Below, piece by piece: positions 40,981 to 53,752 of a stretch of DNA of 64,000 nucleotides. The stretch spans positions 27,590,001 through 27,654,000 of the forward strand of contig OX597825.1 in the NCBI GenBank assembly GCA_951406725.2. Reading direction: 5' to 3'. This stretch comes from Octopus vulgaris. Lineage: Eukaryota. The translations under genes and the position numbers were made by a program. A model generated the notes under the pieces. That model was not told the DNA's origin. It worked only from the letters and a program-made list of their open reading frames with translations, and did no database searches. Positions within the stretch are counted from its first letter, which is position 1. The number at the start of each line of letters is the position of its first letter.

Positions 40981-42104
40981 GTATATATATATATGTGTGT
41001 GTGTGTGGGTGTGTGTGTGTGTGTGTGTATACATGCTGAAATGAAATATCTTTGAACACATAAAAATGTTCATAAAATATACGCGCTCATATAATTTAAT
41101 AGCTGTTGATATAAGCATTATATTTTTACACACTGATTTTCCATAAGGGTAGATGTACTTCTAAATATTTTAATACAATGCATTGAATTCCCAGAGCTAA
41201 TTTATTCAGATACTACAAAGCTAGTAACTCGTAAACAAGCAGGTAATGATGAAAAAGGTAATTGTGTTTTAAGGTTTCTCATTTAAACATTGGTTTAAAA
41301 TACATCCATCAAACTACTCTCTCTGTTAATTTAGGTATAAAGCAGCCTATCTCTCCCTATCTCTCACCATCTCTCCCTCTATTTATATCTATCTATCTAC
41401 CTATCCATCCTATCTTATCCTATCTGTGTGTCTCTCAATCTACGTATCTCTTTGTGTCGTTAAACATATATTTACTGACACAAGCACACACCATGTATAG
41501 GTAGAGTGATAGAACAATTTAAAACGTGCTTCCACACTAGGCTGACAAACATATAGTGGCTACATTAGAAGACACTTGCGCAAGATTTACGCGCACTTTC
41601 CATGTATATTACGGTTTTCCTTTTTGTGTGTGCGTGTGTATGTCTGTTCGTGTGTGTCTGTGCATGTGTATGTATGTGTATGCGTGTGTATATTTCTGTG
41701 ACACGTGCATGAAATCTGAGGAAGTTAAACAACGATCAAACCATTTGAGGTTTTCCGTTTTCTTTCTAACCTTTCCAGTATAGCGAAAGGTAGAACGACA
41801 CAAATATGCTATTCCTCATTTCAAGATAGTTAAGTATAAATTCGTAACTAATTGACTGGAATATAAGCAAGTTCAATCATATAGACACTGGGAGGTCTAA
41901 TCGAATGTCTTCTCTTTTGGCAACTTCCTATATAAACAGGCGTACGTGCGTTCATTATATAAGTCGGGTTTTCATATCCAGAGCAAATGCGCGTACGTTT
42001 TACGCAAGTGTCTTTAATGAAGCTGCTTTGTGAGTGTATTGTGGAAGCAGGTTTTAAATTTATCTATTTATCTACCTATTTACGCGTGTCTCCTTGTGTG
42101 TGTA

Positions 42105-42873
42105 CGGGTGTGACTGTGTGGTAAGAAGGCGGGAGCTGGCAGACACGTTAGCACGCCGGGCGACATGCGTAGCCGTATTTCGTCTACCGCTACGTTCTCA
42201 GTTCAAATTCCGCCGAGGTCGACTTTGCCTTTCATCCTTTCGGGGTCGATTAAATAAGTACCAGTTACGCACTGGGGTCGATATAATCGACTTGACCCGT
42301 TTGTCTGTCCTTGTTTGTCCCCTCTGTGTGTAGCCTCTTGTGGACAGTTAAGAAATAGGCATTTCATCTGCCACTACGTTCTAAGTAGAGGCAGAATAAG
42401 TACCAGTTATGCACTAGGGTCGATGTAATCGACTTAGTCCCATTGTCTGTCCTTATTCGTCCCCTCTATTGGCTGTCCTTATTTGTTCCCTCTATGTTTA
42501 GCCCTTTGTGGGCAATAAAGAAATAAGAAATAAGAAGTTTGCTTCCCAACCACATGGTTCCGGTTTCAGTCCCTCCGCGTGGCACTTAGGGCAAGTGTCT
42601 TCTATTAGCCTCGGGTAGACCAAAGCCTTGAGAGTGGATTTGCTAGACGGAAAGGAAAAAACATGTTCATATTTATGTGCGTGTGTATGTCTGGTGTTTA
42701 TCCCCCTACCGATGCTTGACACTTTGTTGGTGTGTTTAGGTACCACAATGATTCGGCAAAAGGGACCGAATGAATAAGTACTAGGCTTGCATAGAATAAG
42801 TCTTGGGGTTGATTTGTTAGATTAAAGGCGTTGCTCCAGCATGGCCGCCGTCAAATGACAGAAACAACTCAGA

Positions 42874-42880
<7 letters not shown>
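42105..42880 (+). mobile_element. SINE family C interrupted by a family-A SINE with a duplicated 3' part (about 42126-42530)
   Basis: The family-C head GTGACTGTGTGGTAAGAAG resumes at TAAGAAGTTTGCTTCCCAACCACATGG; TAAGAAG is duplicated at 42122-42128 and 42531-42537. Confidence 0.88.
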
Positions 42881-42911
<31 letters not shown>

Positions 42912-43334
42912 CGAGAGTGAGAAAGACATGTGTGTATGTGCACACACATACATGTAGTGTATAGAAACGGTTTTTATCCGAACTGCGTCTTAGTGGTGGA
43001 TATATTTATGTTCATTGTAATAAAATGTATATATGCACGTGTTTTCTTTTAAATGATACAGAAACAGAATTTGAAATTTTAGGTGAATGTTATTCGTATA
43101 TACTTTACATATCATGGTACATGTGCTTCATCATAGTAGAGGAGTTACAAAGCTATGCATGTAGACAGAAAGATTTATAGAAACCGTTATACGCACTTCT
43201 TCAGAGAAGGAAATCTTTGAATCTTTGTCCAAAGAATTACAGATTGAAGATTGTACACGTCTTTCTTGTAGACAACCTATCGTCTAATGAAGCACATAGG
43301 TTTTACAAGTCATTTGATTCATATATTTTCTACC

Positions 43335-43585
43335 GTTTATTTGTTTCAGTCACTGGTTACAGTACTACGGCACTGCCTTGAAGGATATTTTGTCGAATAG
43401 GGCGAGCCCAGTTACTGCTTTTTACACCTGATATTTATTCTATCGCGTCTTTGGCTGTCAAATAGTGGGTGGGGCCAAACACACGCAAAGGCACAAACAA
43501 CGCACAGACACGAACACAAACACACATACACACACATATATGTATTTATATGTGTGCGAGGGTATACATAGATGTGCGAGTGTGC

Positions 43586-43654
<69 letters not shown>

Positions 43655-43880
43655 TATTTATATATATAATATAAATATATTATATATATATATATATATA
43701 TAATATATATAATATAAATGACAGGTTTATTTCAGTTTTTGTCTATGAGATCCACTCACAAGATTTTAGTCGGCACAAGGGTATGACACAGAACAATTGC
43801 CGGAGGTTCCTGGCCGTGGGATCGAACCAGGAACTACATCGGTTGAGAAAAACTTCTCACCATACAACTACGCCTGGGCC
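43335..43880 (-). mobile_element. SINE family C, old copy with an expanded internal microsatellite
   Basis: Reverse complement of the tail (TGTTTCAGTCA) and head (TTTCAGTTT..ATCCACTCACAAG..GTCGGC; GGGATCGAACC). Confidence 0.7.
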
Positions 43881-44515
43881 TGTATGCATGAGTGGTGTAT
43901 TTATGTGTGCTTTTCAGTGTCTGTGTGTCTTTGTGTGGATGCATCTGCATGTGTTTGCGTGTGTCTGTGTGAGTGCGTATGTTTGCATATGTGTGTCTGT
44001 GTAAGCATATCCGTGTTTGTGTATGCGTGTTTTTATGTGTGCATATGTGTATGTATGTGCGCGTGTGCATGTAGCTATGCGTGTACTTCGGTAAATAAAA
44101 ATTATAGAAAATATTTATTGGAATTTAAAGTATTAGAAAAAGCGTGAAATGTGTCATATGGTGTAGGAGAAGATGTATGTGCGTGCATGTGTATGTGTGC
44201 TTAAATGTTTGTGTGTGAGTGTGTATTCGCGCTTAACTGTTTGTGTGTGCAAGAGGGAAGTGAGAAGGAACGTTTCTTAAAATAATAAATACCTTCAGGC
44301 GGTAAACATGAGAAGTTGGGTGTGTGGTAGAAAGATAGAAAAATAATTAAATGTACAATTGAGTTCACTGATGAAACATAAATACATACAGAACGGAAGA
44401 AGAATTTGTTTTTAACGCCGAACTACTTTAGAAAAGCTATTGATTGCAGAAAAAAACATAAATACGTAACACACAAACATAGAAAAAACCAGCATGCATA
44501 CATATATGTAAGCGC

Positions 44516-44555
<40 letters not shown>

Positions 44556-45233
44556 TTATTTGACGTACCAGTAGATCTTCACTGTTGCGCTCTAGCTTAC
44601 AACTTCATTTAGAACTTGGATTATGAATTTGCTACATTAACCTCTAAATCTGCAAGGAGAATTTGTATAATCACTTTAATAAGCTATCGTCAACATTTCC
44701 ACGCAGAATTTTCCTTTCTTTTTCTTTTTTTTTTTCTCTTTTTTTGCATGTTATTTCATTAATGGAAATATGGTACCATTCGCTATTCCTGTTTCTGTAT
44801 GTTATTTAAGGATCTTCGTGAAGAATTTTCGGATTGCAATCAAAATTCCAATCGTGATATGATCTACGGTCTGCTTTTAGGTAATATCCTTGTAGTAATT
44901 TAAAAATGAACAAAAACATCTTTTACGATGAACATATCTTCATGCATACATACATTCAAAAACACACGCATACACACACACAAACATACATATAGGCATA
45001 TTTATATGCATATATATATATACATATATATCTATATCTATGTATACATACACGTATATATACATACATTTATATAAATGTTGATTTACTTATATGCATA
45101 TACATACGCACATATTTACATGTATATATATATATATATATACATAATGAAATTAAAGAAGGAAAATGTGTATTCATAGATGTGTGAGTGTGCCTGTATA
45201 TATATATATACATAAATATATGCACGCGCATAA

Positions 45234-45298
<65 letters not shown>

Positions 45299-45302
45299 CG
45301 AT

Positions 45303-45431
45303 TTCAGCGTAGAATGTGTTTATAAGCCATTTAAGAAACACACAAAAAGCGTTAGATTCACTTCAACACTTAAATTTAATTTGTGAAAATATTTTCGTCG
45401 CTTTGAGATCGCGTCCTGTTCACTGACAAAA
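45303..45431 (-). mobile_element. Single arm of repeat family B with a degenerate G3-C8 hammerhead
   Basis: UUUGUCA-GUGAACA-G-GACGC..GCGAC-GAAAAUAUUU-UCACAAA, with one mismatch each in stems I and II. Confidence 0.75.
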
Positions 45432-45649
45432 CGTCGTGCTGATGCAAAAACATTTTTCTTAGGAAAATACGTATTTAAATAACTTTTAATGTCATCATTA
45501 ACGTAAGCGAAACAGGTCGACAAGCAGAATTTAAAATATATTTACAAATATATTAGAACTCAGTAAAGCGCCTGCTATTTCCTTCTTTAATTTATTATAT
45601 ATATTACAACTCACCACTTGGGGATAATCGAAAATCTTCCCTTTCTGTT

Positions 45650-45711
<62 letters not shown>

Positions 45712-45815
45712 GAAAATGAGGTAATCAGATCGGATGGTTCATATTTATAGATATTTATTTATATATTACATTTTTTACATATATATCTATCATATCATTC
45801 AGATCATATCATTCG

Positions 45816-45862
45816 GATTATTAGCGCTTTCTCCCAATCCAGTGGGGTTTTCAAATCAAATC
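45816..45862 (-). ncRNA. Type I hammerhead fold with a U3-A8 core
   Basis: GAUU-(UG bulge)-AU-UUGAAAA-C-CCCA-CUGGAU-UGGG-A-GAAA-GCGC-UA-AU-AAUC; the first pair of stem II is mismatched. Confidence 0.55.
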
Positions 45863-46629
45863 AATTCCTTTGTGGGGAATTTGAACATTTTATAGAGTTT
45901 CGTAGCAGTGGGGAGGAATAAGACAGTATAAGAGGGTGAGGAGGAAGTGAGACAGAGAAAACATGTGTGTATATGTATGTGTGTGTGTGTGTGTGCGTTT
46001 GTATCTGAGAGGGAAGAAGAAGTATTTCCGTTGGCCTGCTGGACCCCCTATGGTTTTCTAAGAATTTTGGTTCTCTGTCTATTCTGGTGTCACTGAGTGT
46101 GTGGTGTGGGTAGGCTGGCCGGACAAATGTCATTTGGGGGTCATACTTTCTATGATCGTTTTGTGGAAGTGTGTGTGTGTCTCTCTGTGTGTCCGTGTGT
46201 GTTTGTGTGCGTGTGTGTGTGTGTGTCTCTGTGTGTTTGGAGAAGGGGAGAGAGACAAAAAGAGAAAAGGGAAAATAAAAAAAAAAATTTTTTTTTTAAA
46301 ATTTTTTTTAAATTAAAAAAAATTTTTTTTTAAATAAATAAAAAATAAATTAAAATAAGGGAGGAAGTGGAGAAGAAGAAAAAAATATTTTTGCGTGTTG
46401 ATATTTATACCAATACATATATATACACACACAGACTTATACATAGAATATTTGAAAAAAACCTTTTTATCGGTTCAAAATGAACAACCAAATTACACCA
46501 TCTTGAAAATTGTATATCATAGGAAAGTTAAAATTAAAGTGACAATTAAAAGGTAAAGATGGAAGTAAATTATAAAGATAATAATATAATATAATGTATA
46601 TAACAGGCAATACACATATACACACACAC

Positions 46630-46675
<46 letters not shown>

Positions 46676-46786
46676 CACACACAGACATATACTAAATGTT
46701 CTACTATATTAGATTGTAAATCGAAAGATGCGTCCTTCAATGTCACTATATATATATATATATATACATGCTTACATGTAATATAT

Positions 46787-46835
<49 letters not shown>

Positions 46836-46884
46836 GTATATATATATAATTATATATATATGTACGGGATGAACAAATTTTGCA

Positions 46885-47085
46885 CTTTTCAAATTATGGC
46901 ACAACGACTGCAATTTCGGGTAGGTGTGTTAGCTCATTACCCCAGTAGTTCTTTTATCGAACTCCTGAGGATGAAAAGCAAAGTCGATCCCTTGCAGTAG
47001 TTGTACTCAGAATGCTAAATCAGAAGAAATATCCCCAAGCATTTTTCCGTTGAAGCAAGGATTCTACCAGCACGCTGCCGCTGCA
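46885..47085 (-). mobile_element. SINE family A, diverged
   Basis: GGATGAAAAGCAAAGTCGA..ACTCAGAATG..GATTCTACCAGC. Confidence 0.7.
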
Positions 47086-48204
47086 ATTATCGAGAGGAAC
47101 GACATTATTGTGACGAATGCCAGGCAATTGGATAGTCTTTGCTTGATTCTGAAACGTTCATAGCACGAAAATGGATAACGAATATCGTCCAAGATCGAAA
47201 ATTGCAAATATATCGAATCTGGGGGAGCAGAAAGAAAGAAAAGGAAAGTTTACAGAACTTCTGACTAAGTTCAAAAGTTATTGTGTTTTCTTTGGCTCTT
47301 CTATTAATTCTTCCCCAAAACATATTAGTCAAATTTGTTTTTTGCTATTTTTATCCCTCCGGAATAAATTTAAGCACCTCTGGAATACTGGCATCGATGA
47401 TATCGATTACTCGCCCTCTTGGCATTGCTAAGATAAAAAAAAATTATATTATTCAATTATGAACCACACTTCAATATTAATATACTATTCGTTTCCCTTT
47501 TCTTTCAGGCATCTATTAACCTCCAGGTTATTGTAATTTAATCTGCTCTGAAACCTAAGTTCGTTTTCCTTGTACTTATCTGGCCCTTACTCATCTTTTT
47601 CTCTAACTTTTAAGTATGATTGTTATTCCCAAATTAACTAGAAAATTGCTTCTTTTTTCGTACACTCATTTGTGTCTGAAGAATATTTACTTTTGTCATG
47701 AACGAACATTAAATCCCCTATGCATTACCATCTACAGTCTTGGAATTCTGGATAACAATCACGCGGTTTCCTTTTGCCACCACTCCGTCGTAGTGTTTCT
47801 CATTGGCAGTGGAATGAAGTAACTGAAATTAAAACTTTCACTCTAAAACACCACACACCATCCCGAGTTTGAAACCGTGATCTCGCATGCAATACCCCCA
47901 AGAAAGATGTTCTCAACAAGCGAATCACTGGGATGCAAGCGGCCATCAAGTGTCTATCCGGTCGTCCCGGTGATATTCCCTCTATAAATACAATGATTTT
48001 TTTCTTTAATTGATATCTTTTCAATTCATTTGGTACGCTCCACTAAAAAATCCAGGTCTTGGATCTGACCCGCATACTAAAAGGTTTGAGAACCATCTCC
48101 CTTGACATTAGACCACGTTTCATATCTTATTTTATACACTCGATCTTGTATTTAGCTGCTTATGTTTATCAAAGTAATTTTATCATTTCATTACTTTAAG
48201 GGGA

Positions 48205-48415
48205 CAAGTTGGAAGAATCATTAACATGCCTAGCAAAATACTTAGCTGTATTTCGTCGTGTCTTTACATTCTCAGTTGAAATTCTGTCGGAGTCGAATTT
48301 GCCTTTCATCCTTTCGGATACGATAAGTTAAGTGCCAGTTGAGTGCTGGGGTTGATGTAATAGATTCACCACTTTCCCTGAAATTTCAGGCTTTGTACCT
48401 ACAGTAGAAGGGAAT
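48205..48415 (+). mobile_element. SINE family A, diverged
   Basis: GTATTTCGTC..TTTGCCTTTCATCCTTTCGG..TGGGGTTGATGTAAT..TTTCAGGCTTTGTACCTACAGTAGAA. Confidence 0.8.
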
Positions 48416-48964
48416 ATTTCACTACTTTGAATATTTTCTAACATAATCCTACGTTTCTTAAACTACTCTTATTTCAGCGGTAACGAAAACCATATCTAAT
48501 ATCAATTCAAATATTTATTCAAATCGTTATACTATTTTCCTATGAAATAGTTTGACAAAAATTTATATATTAGAGTTAACTTTAGTGATCTGATCCCAGT
48601 TACGCGTCACAGAGACCTACAGTTTGCCTCCCCAAGTTTTAACGACGCTTCGCTTTTACCTGAAGATGAAAAATATCTTAAATATTAAATTCTAAACCGC
48701 TATGACAGATTTCCTACTTTTCTACCAGATATTTACACATTATACACCACATACACACACAGACTCACACACTCATGATGAATTGTACTCGAACCAAGCC
48801 CGATATTTATTGTATCGATCTTGTCTGTTGAACGGCTACGTTATGGGTAATGTAATCACACCAACAGTAGTAGTCAAGCGGAGACGGGAGCAAAATACAG
48901 ACAGAAAGAAACACACGCATACAAGAGTGTGTCTGTGTGTGTGAATATATGTATACGTTTCTGT

Positions 48965-49138
48965 GTGGGGGGTGCGTGCCTGTGTGTGTCTGTGTAGGAA
49001 GGGTTTCTTCCAGTTTCCATCCACCAAATCTGCTGAAAGGTTTTAGGTTGGCCTGAAGTACGACATTGTAGGACTGCACACAGAACCATATGGTTGCGTG
49101 GAAATTTTCATACACCCACAACCACGACTTCGCCTGCA
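48965..49138 (-). mobile_element. 5' half of a family-C SINE, diverged
   Basis: TTTCTTCCAGTTTCCATCCACCAAATC..GAACCATATGGTTG..CCACGACTTCGCCT. Confidence 0.65.
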
Positions 49139-49150
49139 TACATAAATATC

Positions 49151-49228
<78 letters not shown>

Positions 49229-49345
49229 TATATAAATATATATATATGTATATATATAAATATATATATGTATATATATATATAAATATATATATATATA
49301 TGTGATGTATATATATATATATATATGTATATATATGTAAATATA

Positions 49346-49393
<48 letters not shown>

Positions 49394-49949
49394 AGTGCAC
49401 ATATGTGCGTGTTCTTGCGCTTGCTGACTGAAGGGGTAGACAAAGTCAAATAATAAAACTGACGTGTGTGTTGGCATAATGACGCATAAAATTGGTAGTT
49501 TTCCTAAAACGAAACACCTATTCTACAATTAAATACCTTATAGCTTTCCAAACCTAATTAGTTTTCCTTTATTTTCCTAATAGATTCAAGCAATTCATAA
49601 TTGAAACCACGAACTTAAACAGATATCAGGACAGATTCCAATTATATGTAAGAGATTGCAAATATACGTACATAAATACACACACACGGACAGCCACACA
49701 CACACACACGCATACACACACATAGACAAACGCATAACATATATATGTATATGTATGTATATATATTTTTATGTGTTTATATATATATACATATAAACAC
49801 ATATATGTACATATATATATATATGCATATATATATACATACACCTATACATATATGTATGTCTGTATATATACACACATATATATGTATACATACATAA
49901 ATATATATACACAATACACACATATACACATGTTAAATAGATAGATATA

Positions 49950-49983
<34 letters not shown>

Positions 49984-50023
49984 ATATGTATATATTTGTA
50001 TGTATATGCATATATATTTGTAC

Positions 50024-50070
<47 letters not shown>

Positions 50071-50238
50071 TATTTTTGTTTTGTAAACCACGCAGCTTTG
50101 CTTCTCGTGTGAGCCTGTTACGTGTATCTTCTTACTATCTCTGTATATACATACATGCACACATACATACATACATACATATACGCATATTATATATATA
50201 ATATTCAAATATATCATATAGATATAGATATATATATA

Positions 50239-50289
<51 letters not shown>

Positions 50290-51097
50290 GTATAAACATG
50301 TGTATGTATGCCTGAGAATATGTATGCAAACATGTACACACGCACACACATATATATTCGTATATATGTGTGTGAATGTGTATGTGTGTATATATGTATG
50401 TAATGTATTTATATGTTTGTGTGTAGTGAATATGCGCATATGCGTGTGACGTGACTTGGACCGTGTACCTTCTCTTTTAAAATCTCACCACCACCTACGT
50501 TAACAATAACAACAGCAGTACTATCTCTAATACCCCATTATTTCTCTATCTCTCAGAACCAAGTTCTGTATTGCTGCCAATCTCGGAAGTTTCCGTTCGT
50601 GATTTTGACTGACGGCTGTTGGGGCTAATGCGTTGATATGTCAATATTTTATATTAAACATGTCATAAAGTGGAAATATGTAATTAACATGCGCAGTGAA
50701 CCTTGTTCAATGTTCTTTGATTTTAGCCGCTCCACTTATATACTAAGCCACGACTTTCTTTAACGAGACAACCAAGTGATAACTTTCTTTGTGAAGTTTA
50801 ACGATCACAGCCAAATGATGCCGAAGATGATATAAGCGTCGTAATGAATATTCAGAAACGTTCATACACTTTGTATTGCCATTCTATGTAGTTTGTATGT
50901 TGCGGCCTGTTTTTTAGTTCCCTGTCGGTCTTTGTCGTGTAACCCTAAGAGGAGCGTGTGTCCAAGACAAAGCAATCGTGTTGGTGCCAACATTGTCCTA
51001 GTGATTTGTTTTTATGTAAATCTGAGTAGTTTTTCAGCTAAAATTGTAATATATTTTTCTATCTAAATGTTTAATTATATATGCGTGCATGAAAGTG

Positions 51098-51165
<68 letters not shown>

Positions 51166-51170
51166 CATCT

Positions 51171-51205
<35 letters not shown>

Positions 51206-51282
51206 GATACAGAGAAACACAGACACACATACGTACACACTCATACATATATATTATATATATATATACATATATATATATG

Positions 51283-51324
<42 letters not shown>

Positions 51325-51332
<8 letters not shown>

Positions 51333-52166
51333 ATATAGAGGGCATTATACATACATGCCAGAGGGCATTATACATACATGCCACACGCTAAGAGGGACAA
51401 TTAGTCATTTCTACCAAAAATATTACATTTTTTTTTAAATGTCTTACTTTGAAAAATTGCATTCGGTGGGATTAGTAATATTTTTGGTAGAAATGACTAA
51501 TTGTCCCTCTTAGCGTGTGGCATGTATGTATAATGCCCTCTGGCATGTATGTATAATGCCCTCTATATATAAATTAATATGTTCAATAAGAAATAATTAT
51601 TTTCGAAATTTTTTCTCTTATGAGGTTTTCACGCTATCTACCTGACAATTTCTTGTTAAGTTTTCCTTATTAAGTAGTTGTCCTTAATTGCTAAATTTTT
51701 ATTCCGAAAAAACTTCTCCTTTTCCGAAATGCAATTCGTAAAAGTCTGCCATTTACCGGATGTAATATATGTAAACTCACCCATGTGCTTCGTTGATGTT
51801 GATCAGTTAGCTGATCGGCTTAAGCGAGGCAGGGTCGTTTATGTATGATACATCCAGGCCTGCTGATGAATACGTAAGTATGAAATCACTGTGATACAGG
51901 TCTATATTTTTTAAATGTCTTACTTTGAAAAATTGCATTCGGTGGGATTAGTAATATTTTTGGTAGAAATGACTAATTGTCCCTCTTAGCGTGTGGCATG
52001 TATGTATAATGCCCTCTAGCATGTATGTATAATGCCCTCTATATATAAATTAATATGTTCAATAAGAAATAATTATTTTCGAAATTTTTTCTCTTATGAG
52101 GTTTTCACGCTATCTACCTGACAATTTCTTGTTAAGTTTTCCTTATTAAGTAGTTGTCCTTAATTG

Positions 52167-52169
<3 letters not shown>
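51325..52169 (+). mobile_element. Young ORF-less PLE-type / retrozyme-like element: inverted repeat fragment plus two 263-bp direct repeats plus a hammerhead
   Basis: 51431-51693 matches 51907-52169 (period 476, one substitution seen); 51325-51426 is the reverse complement of 51475-51576; (TA)n on both sides. Confidence 0.85.
51856..51903 (+). ncRNA. Canonical type I hammerhead ribozyme
   Basis: Stem I AGGCCUG/CAGGUCU (7 bp, one G-U); core CUGAUGA; stem II AUAC-GUAA-GUAU; GAAA; stem III AUCA-CUG-UGAU; triplet AUA, predicted cut after 51896. Confidence 0.9.
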
Positions 52170-52202
<33 letters not shown>

Positions 52203-52489
52203 GCACACATACACACACTCATAGAGAGTTCGTAACCCGCCTTCAGCAATACCAGCCCATTTTGCAGCAGCTAAATTGGACTTTGTGTGTTCGTCCATTC
52301 CGTACGTAATCTGTGACTGAATAAGCCGGGTTACTGTTAGAAGCCGGCGAAACTTTAAATCACATGGATCCGAACCACACTGTTTTATGTAATTTATATA
52401 TAACTCCTACGAAATGCGCTGAATGAGCTTTTCCTTAGTTGTTCATTCCCTTGTGTGTGCGTATGTTTGTGTGTGTGTGTGTCTAAAGG

Positions 52490-53286
52490 AAATAAGTAAC
52501 AAAGATTTCAAGATATTTGTGCATTACGGCCGTTTCAGGCGGCTCTATTTTATCGAACAATACATGCATTGCTTTAATTTGAAATCTGCCGCCTTCATCG
52601 GATGCAAGTTATAAGTTATCAACAGACAGCATACTGCATTATAATTTTTAGCAAATATATCATTAGAGCTACAAAAGGAAATAATTGTGTTGTAGCAGAA
52701 TAAATTTAGTCCTTTATTTTCTATTTCATGCCCCATTTAACTCTTAATAAAAGATTTTATGTCACATCCTGAGCATTTACCAGTCTCTGACTGACTTCTT
52801 CTGAGATTTGTTTATTTGTGTGGTCAAGGCAATATATAGCCATAGTGAAATAAGTTTCGGGTGAATATCCGACAGTATTTAATTTATTATCAGCAGCTAA
52901 AACTTCAATGTCAACTTTTGTTGGTTTTACTTCTTATTAGACGAAATTTACTTGATGCATTAGATCTTTTGATGGTGATAAGGGATAAATGAAAATTATA
53001 GCTAAATTACCACCTCATGACCTCCGTGTTATCCTCTTCTGCCACTCCAAATGATAAATTGGCGCATTCTTTCTAAGTTTATTCTGCTATAATAGTAGCA
53101 GCATGGAATTCTTTGATTCTCTAGCTCTGATGATGTATTTGCAAAAAGTTATAATGAAGTATCCTGTCTGTTGAAAACCTATACTTTGCATCTGAAGATT
53201 GGTGTAATGCTTGCATTGTTCGATTAAATGGAGTCGCCTGAAACGACCATAATGCTTTAATACATTGACATCTTTGTTACTTATTT
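52490..53286. mobile_element. Diverged inverted pair of roughly 215-bp PLE-type repeats, each with a damaged hammerhead
   Basis: 52490-52709 aligns with the reverse complement of 53073-53286; HHR folds at 52520-52606 (-) and 53187-53255 (+). Confidence 0.8.
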
Positions 53287-53752
53287 GCTTTTTATTCACC
53301 TTACTTCGAGCTGTGCGGATAATACCGATCTTACTTGGTACATCAACGTAAGTACCTAATTCAACTTAATCTTAATTATTCATATATGTATATTTATAAT
53401 TTTTGTATTTGATTCTCAAGATTCTCGACATGAGGTTGTGTGTTCAGCAAATAAACAAATCTCTTTATATCTTGGAAGTGATTTTGCGCCAATAAAAAGC
53501 ACAGACAGACGCGCTTTCTCTCTCTCTCTCTGTCTCTTACTTATATACACGCGGAAATAGGGATATAAACATAAATATATACATATACACATTCATATAC
53601 ATATGTCCAGAAATTCACCTATATGCATAGATACATCCATGCACTCGTGCATACATATATATGTATATGTGTATATATATATATATATTAAATATGTTAT
53701 AAAATACATACATATACCTACATATATATATATATACATACATGCATATATA

